The notes beneath the pieces are model-generated. The model did not search any database, had not been told where the DNA came from, and worked only from the letters and a program-made list of their open reading frames with translations. From contig JANJGN010000042.1 in NCBI GenBank assembly GCA_026770705.1, positions 124,001 through 188,000 on the forward strand: a stretch of DNA of 64,000 bases, given 5' to 3'. Of the stretch, positions 48,001 through 63,000 are shown piece after piece. Origin of the DNA: Isurus oxyrinchus. Taxonomy: Eukaryota. A program made the position numbers and the translations under genes. Every line of letters begins with the position of its first letter. Within the stretch, counting starts at the first letter, position 1.

Positions 48001-51000
48001 CCTGTTTCAGTATTCACTGTAATACACAGTGTCTCAGTTTATGATAACCCATAACCTGTTTCAGTATTCACTGTAATACACACTGTCTCAGTTTATGATA
48101 ACCCATAACCTGTTTCAGTATTCACTGTAATACACACTGTCTCAGTTTATAATAACCCATAACCTGTTTCAGTATTCACTGTAATACGCACTGTCTCAGT
48201 TTATAATAACCCATAACCTGTTTCAGTATTCACTGTAATACACACTGTCTCAGTTTTTAATAACCCATAACCTGTTTCAGTATTCACTGTAATACACACT
48301 GTCTCAGTTTATAATAACCCATAACCTGTTTCAGTATTCACTGTAATACACACTGCCTCAGTTTATAATAACCCATAACCTGTATCAGTATTCACTGTAA
48401 TACACATTGTCTCAGTTTATAATAACCCATAACCTGTTTCAGTATTCACTGTAATACACACTGTCTCAGTTTATAATAACCCATAACCAGTTTCAGTAAT
48501 CACTGTAATACACACTGTCTCAGTTTATAATAACCCATAACCTGTTTCAGTATTCACTGTAATACACACTGTCTCAGTTTATAATAACCAAAAACCTGTT
48601 TCAATATTCACTGTAATACACACTATCTCAGTTTATAATAACCCATAACCTGTTTCAGTATTCACTGTAATACACACTGTCTCAGTTTATAATAACCCAT
48701 AACCTGTTTCAGTATTCACTGTAATACACACTGTCTCAATTTTTAATAACCCATAACCTGTTTCTGTATTCACTGTAATACACACTGTCTCAGTTTGTAA
48801 TAACCCATAACCTGTTTCATTATTCACTGTAATACACACGGCCTCAGTTTATAATAACTCATTACCTGTATCAGTATTCACTTAAATACACACTGTCTCA
48901 GTTTATAATAACCCATAACGTGTTTCAGTATTCACTGTAATACACACTGTCTCAGTTTATATTAACCCATATCCTGATTCAGTATTCACTGTAGTACACA
49001 CTATCTTAGTTTATAATAACCCATAACCTGTTTCAGTATTCACTGTAATACACACTGTCTCAGTTTATAATAAATCATAACCTGTTTCAGTATTCACTGA
49101 AATACACACTGTCTCAGTTTATAATAACCAATAACCTGTTCCAGTATTCACTGTAATACACACTGTCTCAGTTTATAATAACGCATAACCTGTTTCAGTA
49201 TTCACTGTAATACACACTGTCTCAGTTTATGATAACCCATAACCTGTTTCAGTATTCACTGCAATACACACTGTCTCAGTTTATGATAACCCATAACCTG
49301 TTTCAGTATTCACTTTAATACACACTATCTCAGTTTGTGATAACCCATAACCTGTTTCAGTATTCACTGTAATACACACTGTCTCAGTTTATAATAACCC
49401 ATAACCTGTTTCAGTATTCACTGTAATACACACTGTCTCAGTTTTTAATAACCCATAACCTGTTTCAGTATTCACTGTAATACACACTGTCTCAGTTTAT
49501 AATAACCCATAGCCTGTTTCATTATTCACTGTAATACACACTGCCTCAGTTTATAATAACTCATAACCTGTATCAGTATTCACTTTAATACACACTGTCT
49601 CAGTTTATAATGACCCATAACCTGTTTCAGTATTCACTGTAATACACACTGTCTCAGTTTATATTAACCCATATCCTGATTCAGTATTCACGCTAATACA
49701 CACTATCTTAGTTTATAATAACCCATAACCTGTTTCAGTATTCACTGTAATACACACTGTCTCAGTTTATAATAAATCATAACCTGTTTCAGTATTCACT
49801 GTAATACACACTGTCTCAGTTTATAATAACCCATAACCTGTTTCAGTATTCACTGTAATACACACTGTCTCAGTTTATAATAACCCATCACCTCTTTCAG
49901 TATTCACTGTAATACATACTGTCTCAGTTTATAATAACCCATAAACTGTTTCAGTATTCACTGTAATACACAGTGTCTCAGTTTATGATGACCCATAACC
50001 TGTTTCAGTATTCACTGTAATACACACTGTCTCAGTTTATGATAACCCATAACCTGATTCAGTATTCACTGTAATACACACTGTCTCAGTTTTTAATAAC
50101 CCATAACCTGTTTCAGTATTCACTGTAATACACACTGTCTCAATTTTTAATAACACATAACCTGTTTTAGTATTCACTGTAATACACACTGCCTCAGTTT
50201 ATAATAACCCATAACCTGTTTCAGTATTCACTGTAATACACACTGTCTCAGTTTATAATAACCCATAACCTGTTTCAGTATTCACTGTAATACGCACTGT
50301 CTCATTTTATAATAACCCATAACCTGTTTCAGTATTCACTGTAATACACACTGTCTCAGTTTTTAATACCACATAACTTGTTTTAGTATTCACTGTAATA
50401 GACGCTGTCTCAGTTTATAATAACCCATAACCTGTTTCAGTATTCACTGTAATACACACTGCCTCAGTTTATAATAACCCATAACCTGTATCAGTATTCA
50501 CTGTAATACACATTGTCTCAGTTTATACTAACCCATGACCTGTTTCAGTATTCACTGTAATACACACTGTATCAGTTTATAATAACCCATAACCTGTTTC
50601 AGTATTCACTGTAATACACACTGTCTCAGTTTATAATAACGCATAACCTGTTTCAGTATTCACTGTAATACACAGTGTCTCAGTTTATGTTAACCCATAA
50701 CCTGTTTCAGTATTCACTGTAATACACACTGTCTCAGTTTATGATAACCCATAACCTGTTTCAGTATTCACTGTAATACACACTGTCTCAGTTTATAATA
50801 ACCCATAACCTGTTTCAGTATTCACTGTAATACGCACTGTCTCAGTTTATAATAACCCATAACCTGTTTCTGTATTCACTTTAATAAACACTGTCTCAGT
50901 TTTTAATAACCCATAACCTGTTTCAGTATTCACTGTAATACACACTGTCTCAGTTTATAATAACCCATAACCTGTTTCAGTATTCACTGTAATAGACACT

Positions 51001-54000
51001 GCCTCAGTTTATAATAACCCATAACCTGTATCAGTATTCACTGTAATACACATTGTCTCAGTTTAAAATAACCCATAACCTGTTTCATTATTCACTGTAA
51101 TACACACTGTCTCAGTTTATAATAACCCATAACCTGTTTCAGTAATCACTGTAATACACACTGTCTCAGTTTATAATAACCCATAACCTGTTTCAGTATT
51201 CACTGTAATACACACTGTCTCAGTTTATAATAACCAATAAGCTGTTTCAGTATTCACTGTAATACACACTATCTCAGTTTATAATAACCCATAACCTGTT
51301 TCAGTATTCACTGTAATACACACTGTCTCAGTTTATAATAACCCATAACCTGTTTCAGTATTCACTGTAATACACACTGTCTCAGTTTTTAATAACCCAT
51401 AACCTGTTTCAGTATTCACTGTAGTACACACTGTCTCAGTTTATAATAACCCATAACCTGTTTCATTATTCACTGTAATACACACTGCCTCAGTTTAAAA
51501 TAACTCATAACCTGTATCAGTGTTCACTTTAATACACACTGTCTCAGTTTATAATAACCCATAACGTGTTTCAGTATTCACTGTAATACACACTGTCTCA
51601 GTTTATATTAACCCATATCCTGTTTCAGTATTCACTGTAATACACAGTGTCTCAGTTTATGATAACCCATAACCTGTTTCAGTATTCACTGTAATACACA
51701 CTGTCTCAATTTATGATAACCCATAACCTGTTTCAGTATTCACTGTAATACACACTGTCTCAGTTTATAATAACCCATAACCTGTTTCAGTATTCACTGT
51801 AATACGCACTGTCTCAGTTTTTAATAACACATAACCTGTTTTAGTATTCACTGTAATACACACTGCCTCAGTTTGTTAATAACCCATAACCTGTTTCAGT
51901 ATTCACTGTAATACACACTGTCTCAGTTTATAATAACCCATAAACTGTTTCAGTATTCACTGTAATACGCAGTGTCTCAGTTTATAATAACCCATAACCT
52001 GTTTCAGTATTCACTGTAATACACACTGTATCAGTTTTTAATAACACATAACCTGTTTTAGTATTCACTGTAATACACACTGTCTCAGTTTATAATAACC
52101 CATAACCTGTTTCAGTATTCACTGTAATACACATTGCCTCAGTTTATAATAACCCATAACCTGTATCAGTATTCACTGTTATACACATTGTCTCAGTTTA
52201 TAATAACCCATAACCTGTTTCAGTATTCACTGTAATACACACTGTCTCAGTTTATAATAACAAATAACCTGTTTCAGTATTCACTGTAATACACACTATC
52301 TCAGTTTATAATAACCCATAACCTGTTTCAGTATTCACTGTAATACACACTGTCTCAGTTTATAATAACCCATAACCTGTTTCAGTATTCACTGTAATGC
52401 ACACTGTCTCAGTTTTTAATAACCCATAACGTGTTTCAGTATTCACTGTAATACACACTGTCTCAGTTTATAATAACCCATCACCTGTTTCAGTATTCAC
52501 TGTAATACATACTGTCTCAGTTTATAATAACCCATAAACTGTTTCAGTATTCACTGTAATACACAGTGTCTCAGTTTATGATGACCCATAACCTGTTTCA
52601 GTATTCACTGTAATACACACTGTCTCAGTTTATGATAACCCATAACCTGTTTCAGTATTCACTGTAATACACACTGTCTCAGTTTATAATAACCCATAAC
52701 CTGTTTCAGTATTCACTGTAATACACACTGTCTCAATTTTTAATAACACATAACCTGTTTTAGTATTCACTGTAATACACACTGCCTCAGTTTATAATAA
52801 CACATAACCTGTTTCAGTATTCACTGTAATACACACTGTCTCAGTTTATAATAACCCATAACCTGTATCAGTATTCACTGTAATACACATTGTCTCAGTT
52901 TATAATAACCCATAACCTGTTTCAGTATTCACTGTAATACACACGGTCTCAGTTTATAATAACCCATAACCTGTTTCAGTATTCACTGTAATACACACTG
53001 TCTCAGTTTATGATAACCCATAACCTGTTTCAGTATTCACTGTAATACACACTGTCTCAGTTTATAATAACCCATAACCTGTTTCAGTATTCACTGTAAT
53101 ACGCACTGTCTCAGTTTATAATAACCCATAACCTGTTTCAGTATTCACTTTAATAAACACTGTCTCAGTTTTTAATAACCCATAACCTGTTTCAGTATTC
53201 ACTGTAATACACACTGTCTCAGTTTATAATAACCCATAACCTGTTTCAGTATTCACTGTAATAGACACTGCCTCAGTTTATAATAACCCATAACCTGTAT
53301 CAGTATTCACTGTAATACACATTGTCTCAGTTTAAAATAACCCATAACCTGTTTCATTATTCACTGTAATACACACTGTCTCAGTTTATAATAACCCATA
53401 ACCTGTTTCAGTAATCACTGTAATACACACTGTCTCAGTTTATAATAACCCATAACCTGTTTCAGTATTCACTGTAATACACACTGTCTCAGTTTATAAT
53501 AACCAATAAGCTGTTTCAGTATTCACTGTAATACACACTATCTCAGTTTATAATAACCCATAACCTGTTTCAGTATTCACTGTAATACACACTGTCTCAG
53601 TTTATAATAACCCATAACCTGTTTCAGTATTCACTGTAATACACACTGTCTCAGTTTTTAATAACCCATAACCTGTTTCAGTATTCACTGTAGTACACAC
53701 TGTCTCAGTTTATAATAACCCATAACCTGTTTCATTATTCACTGTAATACACACTGCCTCAGTTTAAAATAACTCATAACCTGTATCAGTGTTCACTTTA
53801 ATACACACTGTCTCAGTTTATAATAACCCATAACGTGTTTCAGTATTCACTGTAATACACACTGTCTCAGTTTATATTAACCCATATCCTGTTTCAGTAT
53901 TCACTGTAATACACAGTGTCTCAGTTTATGATAACCCATAACCTGTTTCAGTATTCACTGTAATACACACTGTCTCAATTTATGATAACCCATAACCTGT

Positions 54001-57000
54001 TTCAGTATTCACTGTAATACACACTGTCTCAGTTTATAATAACCCATAACCTGTTTCAGTATTCACTGTAATACGCACTGTCTCAGTTTTTAATAACACA
54101 TAACCTGTTTTAGTATTCACTGTAATACACACTGCCTCAGATTGTTAATAACCCATAACCTGTTTCAGTATTCACTGTAATACGCAGTGTCTCAGTTTAT
54201 AATAACCCATAACCTGTTTCAGTATTCACTGTAATACACACTGTATCAGTTTTTAATAACACATAACCTGTTTTAGTATTCACTGTAATACACACTGTCT
54301 CAGTTTATAATAACCCATAACCTGTTTCAGTATTCACTGTAATACACATTGCCTCAGTTTATAATAACCCATAACCTGTATCAGTATTCACTGTTATACA
54401 CATTGTCTCAGTTTATAATAACCCATAACCTGTTTCAGTATTCACTGTAATACACACTGTCTCAGTTTATAATAACAAATAACCTGTTTCAGTATTCACT
54501 GTAATACACACTATCTCAGTTTATAATAACCCATAACCTGTTTCAGTATTCACTGTAATACACACTGTCTCAGTTTATAATAACCCATAACCTGTTTCAG
54601 TATTCACTGTAATGCACACTGTCTCAGTTTTTAATAACCCATAACGTGTTTCAGTATTCACTGTAATACACACTGTCTCAGTTTATAATAACCCATCACC
54701 TGTTTCAGTATTCACTGTAATACATACTGTCTCAGTTTATAATAACCCATAAACTGTTTCAGTATTCACTGTAATACACAGTGTCTCAGTTTATGATGAC
54801 CCATAACCTGTTTCAGTATTCACTGTAATACACACTGTCTCAGTTTATGATAACCCATAACCTGTTTCAGTATTCACTGTAATACACACTGTCTCAGTTT
54901 ATAATAACCCATAACCTGTTTCAGTATTCACTGTAATACACACTGTCTCAATTTTTAATAACACATAACCTGTTTTAGTATTCACTGTAATACACACTGC
55001 CTCAGTTTATAATAACACATAACCTGTTTCAGTATTCACTGTAATACACACTGTCTCAGTTTATAATAACCCATAACCTGTATCAGTATTCACTGTAATA
55101 CACATTGTCTCAGTTTATAATAACCCATAACCTGTTTCAGTATTCACTGTAATACACACGGTCTCAGTTTATAATAACGCATAACCTGTTTCAGTATTCA
55201 CTGTAATACACAGTGTCTCAGTTTATGATAACCCATAACCTGTTTCAGTATTCACTGTAATACACACTGTCTCAGTTTATGATAACCCATAACCTGTTTC
55301 AGTATTCACTGTAATACACACTGTCTCAGTTTATAATAACCCATAACCTGTTTCAGTATTCACTGTAATACGCACTGTCTCAGTTTATAATAACCCATAA
55401 CCTGTTTCAGTATTCACTGTAATACACACTGTCTCAGTTTTTAATAACCCATAACCTGTTTCAGTATTCACTGTAATACACACTGTCTCAGTTTATAATA
55501 ACCCATAACCTGTTTCAGTATTCACTGTAATACACACTGCCTCAGTTTATAATAACCCATAACCTGTATCAGTATTCACTGTAATACACATTGTCTCAGT
55601 TTATAATAACCCATAACCTGTTTCAGTATTCACTGTAATACACACTGTCTCAGTTTATAATAACCCATAACCAGTTTCAGTAATCACTGTAATACACACT
55701 GTCTCAGTTTATAATAACCCATAACCAGTTTCAGTAATCACTGTAATACACACTGTCTCAGTTTATAATAACCCATAACCTGTTTCAGTATTCACTGTAA
55801 TATACACTGTCTCAGTTTATAATAACACATAACCTGTTTCAGTATTCACTGTAATACACACTGTTTCAGTTTATAATAACCCATAACCTGTTTCAGTATT
55901 CACTGTAATACACACTGTCTCAGTTTATATTAACCCATATCCTGATTCAGTATTCACTGTAATACACACTATCTTAGTTTATAATAACCCATAACCTGTT
56001 TCAGTATTCACGGTAATACACACTGTCTCAGTTTATAATAAATCATAACCTGTTTCAGTATTCACTGTAATACACACTGTCTCAGTTTATAATAACCCAT
56101 AACCTGTTTCAGTATTCACTGTAATACACACTGTCTCAGTTTATAATAACCCATAACCTGTTTCAGTATTCATTGTAATACGCACTGTCTCAGTTTATAA
56201 TAACCCATAACCTGTTTCAGTATTCACTGTAATACACACTGTCTCAGTTTTTAATAACACATAACCTGTTTTAGTATTCACTGTAATACACACTGTCTCA
56301 GTTTATAATAACCCATAAACTGTTTCAGTATTCACTGTAATACACACTGCCTCAGTTTATAATAACCCATAACCTGTATCAGTATTCACTGTAATACACA
56401 TTGTCTCAGTTTATAATAACCCATAACCTGTTTCAGTATTCACTGTAATACACCCTGTCTCAGTTTATAATAACCCATAACCTGTTTCAGTATTCACTGT
56501 AATACACACTGTCTCAGTTTAAAATAACGCATAACATGTTTCAGTATTCACTGTAATACACAGTGTCTCAGTTTATGATAACCCATAACCTGTTTCAGTA
56601 TTCACTGTAATACACACTGTCTCAGTTTATGATAACCCATAACCTGTTTCAGTATTCACTGTAATACACACTGTCTCAGTTTATAATAACCCATAACCTG
56701 TTTCAGTATTCACTGTAATACGCACTGTCTCAGTTTATAATAACCCATAACCTGTTTCAGTATTCACTGTAATACACACTGTCTCAGTTTTTAATAACCC
56801 ATAACCTGTTTCAGTATTCACTGTAATACACACTGTCTCAGTTTATGATGACCCATAACCTGTTTCAGTATTCACTGTAATACACACTGTCTCAGTTTAT
56901 GATAACCCATAACCTGTTTCAGTATTCACTGTAATACACACTGTCTCAGTTTATAATAACCCATAACCTGTTTCAGTATTCACTGTAATACACACTGTCT

Positions 57001-60000
57001 CAATTTTTAATAACACATAACCTGTTTTAGTATTCACTGTAATACACACTGCCTCAGTTTATGATAACCCATAACCTGTTTCAGTATTCACTGTAATACA
57101 CACTGTCTCAGTTTATGATAACCCATAACCTGTTTCAGTATTCACTGTAATACACACTGTCTCAGTTTATAATAACCCATAACCTGTTTCAGTATTCACT
57201 GTAATACGCACTGTCTCAGTTTATAATAACCCATAACCTGTTTCAGTATTCACTGTAATACACACTGTCTCAGTTTTTAATAACCCATAACCTGTTTCAG
57301 TATTCACTGTAATACACACTGTCTCAGTTTATAATAACCCATAACCTGTATCAGTATTCACTGTAATACACATTGTCTCAGTTTATAATAACCCATAACC
57401 TGTTTCAGTATTCACTGTAATACACACTGTCTCAGTTTATAATAACCCATAACCAGTTTCAGTATTCACTGTAATACACACTGTTTCAGTTTATAATAAC
57501 CCATAACCTGTTTCAGTATTCACTGTAATACACACTGTCTCAGTTTATATTAACCCATATCCTGATTCAGTATTCACTGTAATACACACTATCTTAGTTT
57601 ATAATAACCCATAACCTGTTTCAGTATTCACGGTAATACACACTGTCTCAGTTTATAATAAATCATAACCTGTTTCAGTATTCACTGTAATACACACTGT
57701 CTCAGTTTATAATAACCCATAACCTGTTTCAGTATTCACTGTAATACACACTGTCTCAGTTTATAATAACCCATAACCTGTTTCAGTATTCATTGTAATA
57801 CGCACTGTCTCAGTTTATAATAACCCATAACCTGTTTCAGTATTCACTGTAATACACACTGTCTCAGTTTTTATTAACACATAACCTGTTTTAGTATTCA
57901 CTGTAATACACACTGTCTCAGTTTATAATAACCCATAAACTGTTTCAGTATTCACTGTAATACACACTGCCTCAGTTTATAATAACCCATAACCTGTATC
58001 AGTATTCACTGTAATACACATTGTCTCAGTTTATAATAACCCATAACCTGTTTCAGTATTCACTGTAATACACCCTGTCTCAGTTTATAATAACCCATAA
58101 CCTGTTTCAGTATTCACTGTAATACACACTGTCTCAGTTTAAAATAACGCATAACCTGTTTCAGTATTCACTGTAATACACAGTGTCTCAGTTTATGATA
58201 ACCCATAACCTGTTTCAGTATTCACTGTAATACACACTGTCTCAGTTTATGATAACCCATAACCTGTTTCAGTATTCACTGTAATACACACTGTCTCAGT
58301 TTATAATAACCCATAACCTGTTTCAGTATTCACTGTAATACGCACTGTCTCAGTTTATAATAACCCATAACCTGTTTCAGTATTCACTGTAATACACACT
58401 GTCTCAGTTTTTAATAACCCATAACCTGTTTCAGTATTCACTGTAATACACACTGTCTCAGTTTATAATAACCCATAACCTGTTTCCGTATTCACTGTAA
58501 TACTCACTGCCTCAGTTTATAATAACCCATAACCTGTATCAGTATTCACTGTAATACACATTGTCTCAGTTTATAATAACCCATAACCTGTTTCAGTATT
58601 CACTGTAATACACACTGTCTCAGTTTATAATAACCCATAACCAGTTTCAGTAATCACTGTAATACACACTGTCTCAGTTTATAATAACCCATAACCTGTT
58701 TCAGTATTCACTGTAATACACACTGTCTCAGTTTATAATAACCCATAACCTGTTTCAGTATTCACTGTAATACACACTGTCTCAGTTTATAATAACCCAT
58801 AACCTGTTTCAGTATTCACTGTAATACACACTGTCTCAATTTTTAATAACCGATAACCTGTTTCAGTATTCACTGTAATACACACTGTCTCAGTTTGTAA
58901 TAACCCATAACCTGTTTCATTATTCACTGTAATACACACGGCCTCAGTTTATAATAACTCATTACCTGTATCAGTATTCACTTAAATACACACTGTCTCA
59001 GTTTATAATAACCCATAACGTGTTTCAGTATTCACTGTAATACACACTGTCTCAGTTTATATTAACCCATATCCTGATTCAGTATTCACTGTAATACACA
59101 CTATCTTAGTTTATAATAACCCATAACCTGTTTCAGTATTCACTGTAATACACACTGTCTCAGTTTATAATAAATCATAACCTGTTTCAGTATTCACTGT
59201 AATACACACTGTCTCAGTTTATAATAACCCATAACCTGTTTCAGTATTCACTGTAATACACACTGTCTCAGTTTATAATAACGCATAACCTGTTTCAGGA
59301 TTCACTGTAATACACACTGTCTCAGTTTATGATAACCCATAACCTGTTTCAGTATTCACTGCAATACACACTGTCTCAGTTTATGATAACCCATAACCTG
59401 TTTCAGTATTCACTGTAATACACACTATCTCAGTTTGTGATAACCCATAACCTGTTTCAGTATTCACTGTAATACACACTGTCTCAGTTTATAATAACCC
59501 ATAACCTGTTTCAGTATTCACTGTAATACACACTGTCTCAGTTTTTAATAACCCATAACCTGTTTCAGTATTCACTGTAATACACACTGTCTCAGTTTAT
59601 AATAACCCATAGCCTGTTTCATTATTCACTGTAATACACACTGCCTCAGTTTATAATAACTCATAACCTGTATCAGTATTCACTTTAATACACACTGTCT
59701 CAGTTTATAATGACCCATAACCTGTTTCAGTATTCACTGTAATACACACTGTCTCAGTTTATATTAACCCATATCCTGATTCAGTATTCACTGTAATACA
59801 CACTATCTTAGTTTATAATAACCCATAACCTGTTTCAGTATTCACTGTAATACACACTGTCTCAGTTTATAATAAATCATAACCTGTTTCAGTATTCACT
59901 GTAATACACACGGTCTCAGTTTATAATAACCCATAACCTGTTTCAGTATTCACTGTAATACACTCTGTCTCAGTTTATAATAACCCATCACCTGTTTCAG

Positions 60001-63000
60001 TATTCACTGTAATACATACTGTCTCAGTTTATAATAACCCATAAACTGTTTCAGTATTCACTGTAATACACAGTGTCTCAGTTTATGATGACCCATAACC
60101 TGTTTCAGTATTCACTGTAATACACACTGTCTCAGTTTATGATAACCCATAACCTGTTTCAGTATTCACTGTAATACACACTGTCTCAGTTTATAATAAC
60201 CCATAACCTGTTTCAGTATTCACTGTAATACACACTGTCTCAATTTTTAATAACACATAACCTGTTTTAGTATTCACTGTAATACACACTGTCTCAGTTT
60301 TTAATAACACATAACTTGTTTTAGTATTCACTGTAATAGACGCTGTCTCAGTTTATAATAACCCATAACCTGTTTCAGTATTCACTGTAATACACACTGC
60401 CTCAGTTTATAATAACCCATAACCTGTATCAGTATTCACTGTAATACACAATGTCTCAGTTTATAATAACCCATGACCTGTTTCAGTATTTACTGTAATA
60501 CACACTGTATCAGTTTATAATAACCCATAACCTGTTTCAGTATTCACTGTAATACACACTGTCTCAGTTTATAATAACGCATAACCTGTTTCAGTATTCA
60601 CTGTAATACACAGTGTCTCAGTTTATGTTAACCCATAACCTGTTTCAGTATTCACTGTAATACACAGTGTCTCAGTTTATGATGACCCATAACCTGTTTC
60701 AGTATTCACTGTAATACACACTGTCTCAGTTTATAATAACCCATAACCTGTTTCAGTATTCACTGTAATACGCACTGTCTCAGTTTATAATAACCAATAG
60801 CCTGTTTCAGTATTCACTTTAATAAACACTGTCTCAGTTTTTAATAACCCATAACCTGTTTCAGTATTCACTGTAATACACACTGTCTCAGTTTATAATA
60901 ACCCATAACCTGTTTCAGTATTCACTGTAATAGACCCTGCCTCAGTTTATAATAACCCATAACCTGTATCAGTATTCACTGTAATACACATTGTCTCAGT
61001 TTAAAATAACCCATAACCTGTTTCATTATTCACTGTAATACACACTGTCTCAGTTTATAATAACCCATAACCTGTTTCAGTAATCACTGTAATACACACT
61101 GTCTCAGTTTATAATAACCCATAACCTGTTTCAGTATTCACTGTAATACACACTGTCTCAGTTTATAATAACCAATAAGCTGTTTCAGTATTCACTGTAA
61201 TACACACTATCTCAGTTTATAACCCATAACCTGTTTCAGTATTCACTGTAATACACACTGTCTCAGTTTATAATAACCCATAACCTGTTTCAGTATTCAC
61301 TGTAATACACAATGTCTCAGTTTTTAATAACCCATAACCTGTTTCAGTATTCACTGTAATACACACTGTCTCAGTTTATAATAACCCATAACCTGTTTCA
61401 TTATTCACTGTAATACACACTGCCTCAGTTTATAATAACTCATAACCTGTATCAGTGTTCACTTTAATACACACTGTCTCAGTTTATAATAACCCATAAC
61501 GTGTTTCAGTATTCACTGTAATACACACTGTCTCAGTTTATATTAACCCATATCCTGTTTCAGTATTCACTGTAATACACAGTGTCTCAGTTTATGATAA
61601 CCCATAACCTGTTTCAGTATTCACTGTAATACACACTGTCTCAATTTATGATAACCCATAACCTGTTTCAGTATTCACTGTAATACACACTGTCTCAGTT
61701 TATAATAACCCATAACCTGTTTCAGTATTCACTGTAATACGCACTGTCTCAGTTTTTAATAACACATAACCTGTTTTAGTATTCACTGTAATACACACTG
61801 CCTCAGTTTATAATAACCCATAACCTGTTTCAGTATTCACTGTAATACACACTGTCTCAGTTTATAATAACCCATAACCTGTTTCAGTATTCACTGTAAT
61901 ACACACTGTCTCAGTTTATAATAACCCATAACCTGTTTCAGTATTCACTGTAATACACACTGTCTCAGTTTATAATAACGCATAACCTGTTTCAGTATTC
62001 ACTGTAATACACACTGTCTCAGTTTATGATAACCCATAACCTGTTTCAGTATTCACTGCAATACACACTGTCTCAGTTTTTGATAACCCATAACCTGTTT
62101 CAGTATTCACTGTAATACACACTATCTCAGTTTGTGATAACCCATAACCTGTTTCAGTATTCACTGTAATACACACTGTCTCAGTTTATAATAACCCATA
62201 ACCTGTTTCAGTATTCACTGTAATACACACTGTCTCAGTTTTTAATAACCCATAACCTGTTTCAGTATTCACTGTAATACACACTGTCTCAGTTTATAAT
62301 AACCCATAGCCTGTTTCATTATTCACTGTAATACACACTGCCTCAGTTTATAATAACTCATAACCTGTATCAGTATTCACTTTAATACACACTGTCTCAG
62401 TTTATAATGACCCATAACCTGTTTCAGTATTCACTGTAATACACACTGTCTCAGTTTATATTAACCCATATCCTGATTCAGTATTCACTGTAATACACAC
62501 TATCTTAGTTTATAATAACCCATAACCTGTTTCAGTATTCACTGTAATACACACTGTCTCAGTTTATAATAAATCATAACCTGTTTCAGTATTCACTGTA
62601 ATACACACGGTCTCAGTTTATAATAACCCATAACCTGTTTCAGTATTCACTGTAACACACACTGTCTCAGTTTATAATAACCCATCACCTGTTTCAGTAT
62701 TCACTGTAATACACACTGTCTCAGTTTATAATAACCCATAAACTGTTTCAGTATTCACTGTAATACACAGTGTCTCAGTTTATGATGACCCATAACCTGT
62801 TTCAGTATTCACTGTAATACACACTGTCTCAGTTTATGATAACCCATAACCTGTTTCAGTATTCACTGTAATACACACTGTCTCAGTTTATAATAACCCA
62901 TAACCTGTTTCAGTATTCACTGTAATACACACTGTCTCAATTTTTAATAACACATAACCTGTTTTAGTATTCACTGTAATACACACTGCCTCAGTTTATA